From IMG/VR virus record IMGVR_UViG_3300030060_004838, positions 31,976 to 95,975 of that record: 64,000 nucleotides of DNA; one strand, written 5' to 3'. The stretch comes from a virus. Position 1 is the first letter of the stretch. Every line of letters starts with the position of its first letter. Under the pieces are notes generated by a model. The model saw only the letters and a list, made by a program, of their open reading frames with translations. It searched no databases and was not told the DNA's origin. Below are positions 1-8,010 of this stretch, in pieces. A program made the translations under genes and the position numbers.

Positions 1-81
1 AGTCATGGGCTTTGAAGTAGTTAGTCGCAAATCTCTATCAGAAGAATTGAAAACAAAAGTGAGAGTGTATTTCCATGACGA

Positions 82-291
82 ATGAAGGACTTTAGTAAAT
101 TAACATTTGATGCTATGATTTCAGCATTAATGAATGTAGATGACCAATTTCAGCAATTTGATGACATTTCTATTAATGTCAAGCAAGGCGGCATTCAATT
201 AAGAATGAAGAAGAATTGGAAGGGCGTTTCTATGAGTTTGAAAAACGAGGAACGACTAAGAAGGCATGAAGAAAGCATGTCGGAATACTGA
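82..291 (+). CDS. hypothetical early protein
   Basis: 69-aa ORF whose ATG overlaps the stop of an upstream partial ORF (2..85); followed by a terminator hairpin. Confidence 0.55.
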   Translation: MKDFSKLTFDAMISALMNVDDQFQQFDDISINVKQGGIQLRMKKNWKGVSMSLKNEERLRRHEESMSEY

Positions 292-317
292 TTAAAATCA
301 GGTAAGTTTGGAAAATT

Positions 318-362
318 GAGGGATTTTGGGGCTTTTCGGAGTCCTGAAATCTCTCTTTTTTT
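318..362 (+). terminator. hairpin with UUCG loop plus U-tract
   Basis: GAGGGATTTTGGGGCTT-TTCG-GAGTCCTGAAATCTCTC followed by a T run. Confidence 0.65.
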
Positions 363-448
363 AGGGTGCGTCATTTCCACAAATTTACAATTTAATACTT
401 ACCATATGGTAGGCGATAGCACATTCTACCGCAGGAGGGATAATAAGA

Positions 449-469
449 ATGTTTGATTGTGATGAGTGA
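449..469 (+). CDS. micro-ORF MFDCDE
   Basis: ATG TTT GAT TGT GAT GAG TGA, with GGAGG at 434-438. Confidence 0.45.
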   Translation: MFDCDE

Positions 470-540
470 TGTTAGTTTATTTTCTTATTACCATATGGTT
501 CATGCGTTAGCATATGATGAACCGCAGGGGGGATAACAGA

Positions 541-564
541 ATGTTCTTTGACGATGACGAGTGA
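541..564 (+). CDS. micro-ORF MFFDDDE
   Basis: ATG TTC TTT GAC GAT GAC GAG TGA, with GGGGGG at 527-532. Confidence 0.45.
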   Translation: MFFDDDE

Positions 565-697
565 TTACATCAGTTAAGAACATTTTAATCTGTTACCATA
601 TGGTAATGCTTTGCAATTACCTTAGATTTTTCAAAAATGGTATTTTTTATTTTCCTGCATTGGAAAAAAATACCAAAAAACCAAATATATCAAGATA

Positions 698-880
698 CTA
701 AAAATGGAAAGAAACTCCCCAATAATGTTCTATTGCGCCTCTAAATTTATCTTCATTAAATCTCTCATTATCCTCTTTGAAAAATTGACAAAACGAATTT
801 ATCGTATATTCATCTATTTTCAAATCTCCAAATAAACGAGCCACTATTTCATAATGTCTTTGTTGAAATTTAGGATTCAT
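698..880 (-). CDS. hypothetical early protein
   Basis: 60-aa ORF, last in an overlapping minus-strand chain. Confidence 0.6.
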   Translation of the reverse strand: MNPKFQQRHYEIVARLFGDLKIDEYTINSFCQFFKEDNERFNEDKFRGAIEHYWGVSFHF

Positions 881-1136
881 TTAAATTCCACCCCCTATAA
901 AATGGATAATCAGGTAAGTGTCTACAAATTTGATTAAATGCTACACAATACATATCTAATGTTTCATAAAATGATGGGTGGTCATCTTCTTCATAAATTT
1001 CTTCCATTTGATGAATTAGGAATCTAACAGTCATAAGTATATCTGTAATTTCATCATTTGTGATATTATCAGCATACCATTGTTTTATCATCTTCAATCT
1101 TTTTTCTGTAAATTTTACCATAATATCAAGCCTCAA
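870..1136 (-). CDS. hypothetical early protein
   Basis: ORF overlapping both neighbours. Confidence 0.6.
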   Translation of the reverse strand: MRLDIMVKFTEKRLKMIKQWYADNITNDEITDILMTVRFLIHQMEEIYEEDDHPSFYETLDMYCVAFNQICRHLPDYPFYRGWNLNES

Positions 1137-1404
1137 ATGTAAATATTTTTCTAATATTTTCTAATTCTTCTTTTACAGGTTTTGCACAACATTCACAATC
1201 CCAATCTTCAAGATTACTTAGAATATATAGGATTTGTGTAGAAACTCCTTCACTTCCATATTCCATCCATGCTCTATCCATAGCCAAAAAATATGATATT
1301 GCATATTCTCGGTATGTTGGTTTTTTATCGTTATAGCAATTCTTTGCACTTATTACTTTGAATCTTAGGCTGTATAATTTTCTAAATATTTCTTCCGTTG
1401 GCAT
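1126..1404 (-). CDS. hypothetical phage protein (YxxAM...LYILSNLxxW type)
   Basis: start moved to the ATG (MPTEE) next to the upstream stop at 1406. Confidence 0.6.
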   Translation of the reverse strand: MPTEEIFRKLYSLRFKVISAKNCYNDKKPTYREYAISYFLAMDRAWMEYGSEGVSTQILYILSNLEDWDCECCAKPVKEELENIRKIFTFEA

Positions 1405-1405
1405 T

Positions 1406-1615
1406 TTACTCATCTCCATTAACTTCATTTGTTTTCTCAATTACTGCTTGAATTAGTGCTTCCATATTTTCTTTCACTTCATCAATTGTATCACCTTGCA
1501 CTCTTGCGCTTTCACAAATCCAATTTTTATATCGGTCTTGTTTTAGTTTAACAACAAAATTTTTCTGCACAGGCTCGCTTTTTTCTTCTTCTAAATTCTT
1601 TTTCCAGAATGGCAT
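1406..1615 (-). CDS. hypothetical early protein
   Basis: GTGGTGA SD upstream of the ATG. Confidence 0.65.
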   Translation of the reverse strand: MPFWKKNLEEEKSEPVQKNFVVKLKQDRYKNWICESARVQGDTIDEVKENMEALIQAVIEKTNEVNGDE

Positions 1616-1660
1616 ATTTTTTCACCACATAATTATATTTTGAACGGTTTATGGTTCGTG

Positions 1661-1697
1661 CTTCAAAGTAGCCTTACCATATGGTTCTGCTTTGAAG
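1661..1697. promoter_or_regulatory. extended palindromic element CTTCAAAG..ACCATATGGT..CTTTGAAG
   Basis: core at 1676-1685, about 60 bp upstream of the 1615 start. Confidence 0.6.
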
Positions 1698-1888
1698 AAC
1701 CTTAAAAAATTAAAAAAAATAAAATTTTAAAAAATATTTTTTTGGTGAAGGAAAAAATAATTAAAAACCTTGATTTTTTTTGACAAGAAAAATTCTAAAA
1801 ACTTGTGGCAATTTTTTGTGTGATTGCCAAATCAATATCTACGGGCTTCTCAAAATATTTGATGTATCTAAAGATTCAATCTTCATCT

Positions 1889-2524
1889 TCAATTAGAAGA
1901 TTCATCAGATTCACCTTCGTCATTATCAGATTCTGTTGCATTTTCTTCTGATGGTGGTGGCGCAATTGTCATTCCATCTTCAAGAGAAAAGTTTCCATCC
2001 CAACGACCATCATTGAAATATTTTGTAAATCTTTGATTTACTGCTACTCCACGACCATCTCCGAAATCTAAACCGTTCTCAAATGGTGAACCACCAACCT
2101 CTTTATTTCTATCAGAAATTACAGATGTCATTTGGATAATCGGATTTGAATTCCAAAATTCTGCGTATGCTTCTGCAACCAATTTCTTTAGAGTTTTCAA
2201 ACTTGCTTGAGCGTGTGCTGGCAAATTTGATTCTTTTCCAATTGAAACAGGCCAATCCATAGCCAATTTTCCATCTGTTTTTTCTACTGTCCAATCTCGA
2301 CCTTCAATGAGGATTTGATTCCATAAATTCTTCCGCTTTTCTGCATTTCTGTTTCCTCTACGGATATTCATGTTAATCAATTCAACAGCATCAATAATAT
2401 CATCTGAAGAATTCAAAAATTCTTGATTACCTTCAAGGCTCAAGAAATCCTCAATTCTTCCAATTCTCTTATTCCATGCTTCATCTGTCATTGACAAATC
2501 TTTTTCTTTCTTTTCTTTCGGCAT
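1889..2524 (-). CDS. hypothetical early protein with acidic C-terminus
   Basis: 211-aa ORF, AAGGAG SD. Confidence 0.8.
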   Translation of the reverse strand: MPKEKKEKDLSMTDEAWNKRIGRIEDFLSLEGNQEFLNSSDDIIDAVELINMNIRRGNRNAEKRKNLWNQILIEGRDWTVEKTDGKLAMDWPVSIGKESNLPAHAQASLKTLKKLVAEAYAEFWNSNPIIQMTSVISDRNKEVGGSPFENGLDFGDGRGVAVNQRFTKYFNDGRWDGNFSLEDGMTIAPPPSEENATESDNDEGESDESSN

Positions 2525-2604
2525 ATTTATTTCTCCTTATTTTTTTTCTGTCGCCAATATTTTTTGGCGTAGAATATCATCATTTTTTATTATTCAAGGT
2601 AATT

Positions 2605-2633
2605 CAAAGTATTACCATATGGTTGCAACTTTG
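2605..2633. promoter_or_regulatory. extended palindromic element CAAAGT..ACCATATGGT..ACTTTG between divergent genes
   Basis: core at 2614-2623. Confidence 0.6.
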
Positions 2634-2680
2634 TGAAAACCCTATACCTGAAACCCTCTTTTATTATGTGGTGAAAACCA

Positions 2681-3160
2681 ATGAGTAAAGAAAAATACGA
2701 AACTGATGAGGGCTATGAAGCATTTGTAGCACCTCTTGAAGAATATATGAAGAAGAACAAAGCCAAAGATGCTGAAATGACAGATGCCTATGAGTATGCT
2801 GTGAACACCATCAAAAGAGGTCGAAAGTTTGCTAACAAAAGAAAAAGATGTTTTGACAGTCTGTATGATGAGTGGAACCATCTTAATTTTGAAGGTTGGC
2901 CTTTGAAGAAGTTAGATGATGAAACCACTAAGGAAATTCAAAAGATGGCTGATGATATGGACACACCAAATGAAGATTATTGGAATGCCCTACCTATCAA
3001 ACCTACATTTAAGGTCAAAGGTAAGGAATACATTGATGCTGATGGCAAATCCTTTGCTAAGAGGATGAATGAATCACTTGTGAAGAAATGGACTGTTCAC
3101 GCCAAAGAGAACGGTTCACTTTGGAAGTCCCAAGATGATATACCCACCCGAGAGGCTTGA
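2681..3160 (+). CDS. hypothetical early protein
   Basis: 159-aa ORF, GTGGTGA SD. Confidence 0.8.
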   Translation: MSKEKYETDEGYEAFVAPLEEYMKKNKAKDAEMTDAYEYAVNTIKRGRKFANKRKRCFDSLYDEWNHLNFEGWPLKKLDDETTKEIQKMADDMDTPNEDYWNALPIKPTFKVKGKEYIDADGKSFAKRMNESLVKKWTVHAKENGSLWKSQDDIPTREA

Positions 3161-3162
3161 AT

Positions 3163-3183
3163 ATGTTTGACGATGATGAATGA
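3163..3183 (+). CDS. micro-ORF MFDDDE
   Basis: ATG TTT GAC GAT GAT GAA TGA, 2 nt after the upstream stop; GAGG at 3152-3155. Confidence 0.45.
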   Translation: MFDDDE

Positions 3184-3314
3184 TTGACAAAAATTGACCC
3201 CTAATTTTGCCCATACCCCATGCTGTTTTGGTGATTCAGCACAAAAAAAATCACCACCCTTCGGGGTTTCTTACCACTATTCAAAGAATCGTTTTTACAA
3301 TGTTTATTGTTAGT

Positions 3315-3326
3315 AACCATATGGTT
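3315..3326. repeat. palindrome AACCATATGGTT
   Basis: sixth copy of the ACCATATGGT core. Confidence 0.7.
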
Positions 3327-3854
3327 GTAATTTTTACACCCTGAAAAAAATAAAAAAAATAAAAAAGGTGGTAGAGAAATCATTTAAGATTTTTTTAAAA
3401 TATCGGGGATGATATTTATGCATGATAATATGATACAACAAACAAAGAACCAATTAAGAAACTCTACCATGAGTTATTTGTTGTAAAAGGGTGTGGGCAG
3501 GATTAGGTCGGTTAAACCATAACTTACCTGCAAATTTTCACGGAAACACCTGCTTTTATTCTTGATTTGCAAATAAAATCGGCCGCTACTTCTAACTTCC
3601 CCACTTGAGCGTTTGTTCTCAAATGTTCCCACAGACAATTCGCTAAAACTGTTCACGCTATTAAATCGTTCACAAATGCAGCCTTTGATTATTACGCCAC
3701 TCCTTCTCGATGGAAAGATTAATTGCATTTATCCGCTAAGAAAATCTCGGGAGGAATACCTTAAAGTGTTCAATCTCTTTTTCAGTCACCACAATATCTT
3801 GACCCGCTAAAGCCAAGATGTAGAATATGATTGATTTATAGCCGTAAGGTCATC

Positions 3855-3887
3855 ACAAAGAGATTACCATATGGTTCTAAAACTTGT
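3855..3887. promoter_or_regulatory. palindromic element, core at 3866-3875
   Basis: flanks 3821-3887 resemble 2570-2633 (TAGAATAT...AAGGT...CAAAG...ATTACCATATGGTT). Confidence 0.6.
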
Positions 3888-3899
3888 AGATATTCGAGG

Positions 3900-4460
3900 C
3901 TATCTTCATATGAAGGGGTCGGCAGGAGAGGGCTACCCCTTATAAGTGGGTCGGGGTCGGATTGGGTGTCAATAATTGACAGAATGTAGCAGATTATTTC
4001 AGATAATTTGTTTTATTTATGTAATAATAACCAAAACAATATATAAACTATATCTAATAGATTCAATATATTATTATCTCTTTATTCTTCTTTATCTTTA
4101 TTCAGTTAATAGAAGTAAGTCATTTTGTATTAGATAATTTTCCCGATGGGATTTCCCATCTTTTCCCATTCCTATGAGAAAACATTTTGTTTTAGATAAT
4201 TATATTATCTTAATCATTATGTTTATTTTAGTATCTTTTCCCCTTTTCCCTTTCCTTCCTTACTTACTTACCTTACTTCTCTCTCTATTTATGTATATAT
4301 TTGTGTATATATGTGAGAGGGGTAAAGTGTGGGAAAAGTGGGATTATGGGAAAAGGTATCAAAATGTTTAAGAAAAAGCAATTATCTTATGCAAAATATT
4401 ATCTCATACATTTTGTAGCATGGGATAATGGGAAAAGCCTACATTTTGTATTAGATAAAG
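3900..4460. other. putative replication origin (or terminus/packaging region)
   Basis: noncoding; CATTTTGTWTTAGATAA at 4121, 4183 and 4442 with a degenerate inverted copy at 4382-4397; TTTTCCC tracts left and GGGAAAA tracts right of an AT-alternating core; directly precedes the long + strand block. Confidence 0.55.
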
Positions 4461-4471
4461 TTTTGAATTAA

Positions 4472-4765
4472 ATGAAAAAGACTGAAGTTCTGGTGGACAG
4501 CATGGAAACAAAAAAGAAGATAAAAGAAACAATGGATGAAATTAGGGATTTCCTAATCCAAAAGAATGAACAATATGGCGATTCTGTGATGAACCCAATT
4601 AGGGTTTTTTCAAAAGCAGGAATTGATGAAGGGTTAAGAATTAGAATTGATGACAAACTCAATAGATTAATGCAAGGTAATGATAGCATGGAATCTGATG
4701 AGGATGTTGTTAAAGATTTGATAGGTTATTTGACCCTACTATTAATTCAAATTAGGGAGGAATAA
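4472..4765 (+). CDS. DUF1599/Nmad1-like protein (nucleotide-modification associated)
   Basis: KNEQYGDS...GLRIRIDDKLNRL...EDVVKDLIGY pattern. Confidence 0.7.
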   Translation: MKKTEVLVDSMETKKKIKETMDEIRDFLIQKNEQYGDSVMNPIRVFSKAGIDEGLRIRIDDKLNRLMQGNDSMESDEDVVKDLIGYLTLLLIQIREE

Positions 4766-4776
4766 ACCTGGGAAAA

Positions 4777-4983
4777 ATGAAAATGATTCACTACATGTTA
4801 GAAAATGAATTTAGCGAAGATAGAATTGCTTGGTTTATATTCTTAAATGGTCGTGCTGGCAATTGGCATAAGTGTAAAAAAATTGCAAGAGAAATGAGGA
4901 ATGATTATGAAAATACAAGAAAAGAAAATGAAAATGCAAAACAAACTGAACAAGCAAAAGAAAGAATTGAAGAAGATTCTTGA
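4777..4983 (+). CDS. hypothetical protein
   Basis: ORF in operon chain. Confidence 0.5.
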   Translation: MKMIHYMLENEFSEDRIAWFIFLNGRAGNWHKCKKIAREMRNDYENTRKENENAKQTEQAKERIEEDS

Positions 4984-5302
4984 TGAGATTGAAACTAAGA
5001 AACAAAAAGATATTGCTATATTTGGCAAACCTTTGAGTAATAAAAGAGGTACAGATAAGGCTGAATCTAAGAAACGAGCAATCAAACTAACACAAAAAAG
5101 TTTAGATAAAATTGAAGATGATTTGAATAGAAAGTTCAAACTATCCGCAAGAGATTCTAAGGTTCTCGATTCAATTAGAAACGGAACTAATATTGGGAAT
5201 ACAACTGCCGATGATAAAGGTTCAAAATGGGATAACCGTTGGAATGGTTCATCAGCATCAAGAAGAAATGCAAAAATATATCATAGGAGAGGTACAAGAT
5301 GA
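4901..5302 (+). CDS. basic coiled-coil hypothetical protein
   Basis: Lys-rich ORF; start uncertain. Confidence 0.6.
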   Translation: MIMKIQEKKMKMQNKLNKQKKELKKILDEIETKKQKDIAIFGKPLSNKRGTDKAESKKRAIKLTQKSLDKIEDDLNRKFKLSARDSKVLDSIRNGTNIGNTTADDKGSKWDNRWNGSSASRRNAKIYHRRGTR

Positions 5303-5514
5303 TAGAACCTAAATTAACAAACTGCGCTTTTTGTCAATGTAAATTATCTATTGGAGAAAAGTTTCTTTGTACTGATTGTTTGACTGATGGTAGAAATCTT
5401 TTGAGAAAGGTTGAACAATTAAAAGAGTGGAGGAAAACTCTCGATGAAAAACTTGAAGTAGTCGAAAAATTAGTAGATGATATAGAAAATATCGTTGCAG
5501 ATATGCAGGAGTGA
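5299..5514 (+). CDS. small Zn-finger plus coiled-coil protein
   Basis: CAFC...CTDC; ATGA overlap. Confidence 0.65.
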   Translation: MIEPKLTNCAFCQCKLSIGEKFLCTDCLTDGRNLLRKVEQLKEWRKTLDEKLEVVEKLVDDIENIVADMQE

Positions 5515-5519
5515 AGTAA

Positions 5520-5753
5520 ATGAAATATAAAAGAATCAAAGCAAAAATAATTAAGTTTTTGAAAGAAAATGGTGAGAAGTCTACTATGGAAATATACGCC
5601 CACATTAATCGTATAGATAAGAATGGGATTACAACAGCAGCCCTTAGTAATGTGCTTGCAAAAACACCTGAATTTATCAAGGTTGATACAATGAGAGTTT
5701 CAGGCATGACACAAAGCACATACAATTTGATGATGTGGAGAGTTGAAAAATAA
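5520..5753 (+). CDS. winged-helix DNA-binding protein
   Basis: IIKFLKENGEKSTMEIYAHI...TTAALSNVL...W pattern. Confidence 0.6.
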   Translation: MKYKRIKAKIIKFLKENGEKSTMEIYAHINRIDKNGITTAALSNVLAKTPEFIKVDTMRVSGMTQSTYNLMMWRVEK

Positions 5754-5908
5754 TGCGATTCTAATACTGTACAAAATGTGCAGTATAACATAATGATAAT
5801 TTATCATTATAGCAGACATAATTTACAAGAATCTTTATAGACTCAGTATTTTATGTAAATATGGTGAGGAACTGCCTTAAGTCCAACACAAAAAATGGAA
5901 GTGAAGAA

Positions 5909-6226
5909 ATGAGCAAGAATGTAAATGAATTGGAAACAATGTTGAAGGAACAAGTAGAAGCAGGTCTTATTACGGATTTTGAACTCCGTAGAATTATGAG
6001 TCGTGCAACAGGCGGAGTTTATCTTGATGAGAACCAAAATGCACAATTTGAATTGGCAAAAGAATTCATCAATGAAACACTAACTACTCTATCTAACTTG
6101 AATGTTGTAAGTGAAAAGAGAATGGATAGCACACGAAGAAAAATGGAAAAGGCAATTGTAAAGCATATTACAAGTGGCGGAAATCTAACAGATTCAGGTG
6201 CGCCAATTTGGAACGATGAAGTTTGA
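5909..6226 (+). CDS. hypothetical protein
   Basis: ATG after GGAAGTGA SD (MSKNV). Confidence 0.75.
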   Translation: MSKNVNELETMLKEQVEAGLITDFELRRIMSRATGGVYLDENQNAQFELAKEFINETLTTLSNLNVVSEKRMDSTRRKMEKAIVKHITSGGNLTDSGAPIWNDEV

Positions 6227-6248
6227 ATAAAAAAGGAAGTGAAGAAAA

Positions 6249-6455
6249 ATGGTAAAGATAACAATTTTGAATGAAACAGGACACACAGAACTAACTCTAA
6301 GTGCTAATGAAGCATTAGACCAAATTATTGACCACCCTACCCATTGGGCATATATTGATGGTGAATTGGTTACAAGAGAAGAAATTGCTAACATTGATTT
6401 TAATGCGGTTGATGAAGTCGTATTAACACAAGCAATTGTTGGCGGTTCTGTTTAA
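6249..6455 (+). CDS. ubiquitin-like beta-grasp protein (SAMP/ThiS/MoaD-like), precursor ending GG-SV
   Basis: 68 aa; beta-beta-alpha pattern, AYIDGELV...DEVVLTQAIVGG followed by SV; AAAAGGAAGTGA SD. Confidence 0.75.
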   Translation: MVKITILNETGHTELTLSANEALDQIIDHPTHWAYIDGELVTREEIANIDFNAVDEVVLTQAIVGGSV

Positions 6456-6476
6456 GTTTCTAAATAAAATAGAAAT

Positions 6477-6602
6477 CACCCGTAAGGGTTTAGGTGGCAC
6501 ACTATTTATGCGTAAATAGTATTACTAAAGTTAGTGGAACTTACCAAAATCCACACAACACATAGCAGTTTCCCGTCTGCTTTATCAAAACGGGATTTTT
6601 TT
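6477..6602 (+). ncRNA. structured 3' UTR or ncRNA: three hairpins, H-type pseudoknot, U-tract
   Basis: ACCC-GTAA-GGGT; ACTATTTA-TGCG-TAAATAGT; GTGGA/TCCAC; AGCAG(6564)/CTGCT(6577) with TCCCGT(6571)/ACGGGA(6590); T7. Confidence 0.45.
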
Positions 6603-6616
6603 ATTGAGGATTTACT

Positions 6617-7024
6617 ATGAGTAATTTTTGGAGAAAGAGTGAAGGTGCCGATGACTTTATCGAAATAGCGAGGATAGCATTGGGTAAAAATATAAAAGAA
6701 GATTATACTGAATGGTGTCATTATGCAAACCCAATGCATTTTTGTAAATACCCTGTATTTCATAAAGGGTTTGAAACATTATTAGCGGAGTGGAGAAATG
6801 AAGTTAATAGCCCAAAGATACAAAAATCAAGTTATTTAAGTGCAAATTTAAATTTAAAAGTTGCTGATGAATTTGAAGAATGGAGAAATTTATATCTAAT
6901 TCGCAAGGTAGATGATTACCTTAGTAGACACTTAAGATGGTCTAACAGTCAAAACCCAAAACAACAATTTGGTAGAGCAAAAGATATATTTATTTATTTC
7001 CAGAAAGAGGCGAATTATCAATGA
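6617..7024 (+). CDS. hypothetical protein
   Basis: 135 aa, GAGG SD. Confidence 0.7.
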   Translation: MSNFWRKSEGADDFIEIARIALGKNIKEDYTEWCHYANPMHFCKYPVFHKGFETLLAEWRNEVNSPKIQKSSYLSANLNLKVADEFEEWRNLYLIRKVDDYLSRHLRWSNSQNPKQQFGRAKDIFIYFQKEANYQ

Positions 7025-7329
7025 TAAATGACATATTGAAAACTCTTCGTGCGATGCCAAAACTGTTCAAAGAGTTTAGAAAAGAAACAAAATACATTAA
7101 TAGGTTATCAAAAATGGAAAAGAAGGAAGGAATGGTAGGAACTTTTCTTCATGTATTTGAAACAGAATTAATGGACATACTACCAACAGAAGTATTAGTA
7201 TTAATACTAACAGAATTCGTAAAAGAGTATGAAAGCAAAAAAGAAGAACATCAGCATGATATGGATGTTGTAAATATACCTGCTTTTAATGCTTATTGTG
7301 ATAAATATGGGGTAAAAACTGCCCTATGA
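7021..7329 (+). CDS. hypothetical protein
   Basis: ATGA overlap. Confidence 0.7.
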   Translation: MINDILKTLRAMPKLFKEFRKETKYINRLSKMEKKEGMVGTFLHVFETELMDILPTEVLVLILTEFVKEYESKKEEHQHDMDVVNIPAFNAYCDKYGVKTAL

Positions 7330-7339
7330 AATACAAAAT

Positions 7340-7427
7340 GCTAAGGTGGCTGAGTTTGGTTAAAAGCGCAGGGCTTAAATTCCTGTCCAAAAATGGTTCG
7401 TAGGTTCAAATCCTACCCTTAGCACCA
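7340..7427 (+). tRNA. trnL: tRNA-Leu (anticodon UAA), CCA encoded
   Basis: acceptor GCTAAGG/CCTTAGC, anticodon arm CAGGG-CTTAAAT-TCCTG, long variable arm, T-arm GTAGG-TTCAAAT-CCTAC, ACCA end. Confidence 0.93.
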
Positions 7428-7445
7428 ATTCAAAAAGTGATGATT

Positions 7446-7676
7446 ATGTATAGAAACAGAAAAGAAATTAAGAAAATGACAAAAGCAATAGAATCTTTAG
7501 GTGTTGAAATTGTTGATTTTGAAATTAGCAAACATTTTAAGATTCGGGTTAAAAATCCGACAACAGGAACTGTAAAATTAATTACAGTTTCAAGTAGTCC
7601 AAAATGTAAGGGGGTTTATCATGAGATTAAATCCTCAGTAAGAAAAGTTTTTAGAAAAGAAGGTGAAATAATATGA
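7446..7676 (+). CDS. HicA-like (dsRBD-fold) protein
   Basis: SKHFKIRV...LITVSSSP...HEIKSSVRK resembles the HicA alpha-beta3-alpha fold with conserved His. Confidence 0.4.
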   Translation: MYRNRKEIKKMTKAIESLGVEIVDFEISKHFKIRVKNPTTGTVKLITVSSSPKCKGVYHEIKSSVRKVFRKEGEII

Positions 7677-7954
7677 GTTATAAATGTATAAGTTGTGAAA
7701 AAGAGATAGAGGTAGTAGAAACAGGCTCAGAGGAAAAGATATTAAATCCTAAAAAAGCAGTAATGCTTCTTTCTTATGCAGCGTATGGTAGTAAATTTGA
7801 CTATGGTAAAACATCGTATAATTACAGTAGTAAAGTTAGTATGTTTTTTATGTGCGATGATTGCTTTGAAAAGAATATTTCAATGGCTGTTAAATTAACA
7901 ACATTGTCTAATGGTAAAATAGAACCAGCAGTACTACCTAATTCTAATGAATAA
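7673..7954 (+). CDS. Zn-finger hypothetical protein
   Basis: CISC...YGSKFD...CDDC. Confidence 0.65.
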   Translation: MSYKCISCEKEIEVVETGSEEKILNPKKAVMLLSYAAYGSKFDYGKTSYNYSSKVSMFFMCDDCFEKNISMAVKLTTLSNGKIEPAVLPNSNE

Positions 7955-8010
7955 TTTGAAAATAACTAATTATGGACCTAATAAAACCGTAATTTTTTAC
8001 AAAAAACCCT

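Larger units (their letters stand above)
399..606. repeat. degenerate tandem repeat (units of about 89 and 105 bp), each unit starting TTACCATATGGT
   Basis: ACCATATGGT at 401, 490 and 595; units share ACCGCAGGRGGGATAA...GAATGTT...GATGA...GTGAT. Confidence 0.85.

Noticed and set aside
449-566. C/D box sRNAs (RTGATGA present)
   Set aside because: No correctly placed CTGA D boxes; kept only as an alternative to the micropeptide reading
399-606. CRISPR mini-array
   Set aside because: Segments between repeats are homologous to each other rather than unique spacers, and unit lengths differ
4174-4371. 65-aa hydrophobic ORF
   Set aside because: Arises from low-complexity pyrimidine tracts of the origin-like region; no SD
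6564-6595. preQ1-I riboswitch or self-cleaving ribozyme
   Set aside because: Similar topology, but ligand-binding and catalytic consensus nucleotides are not evident
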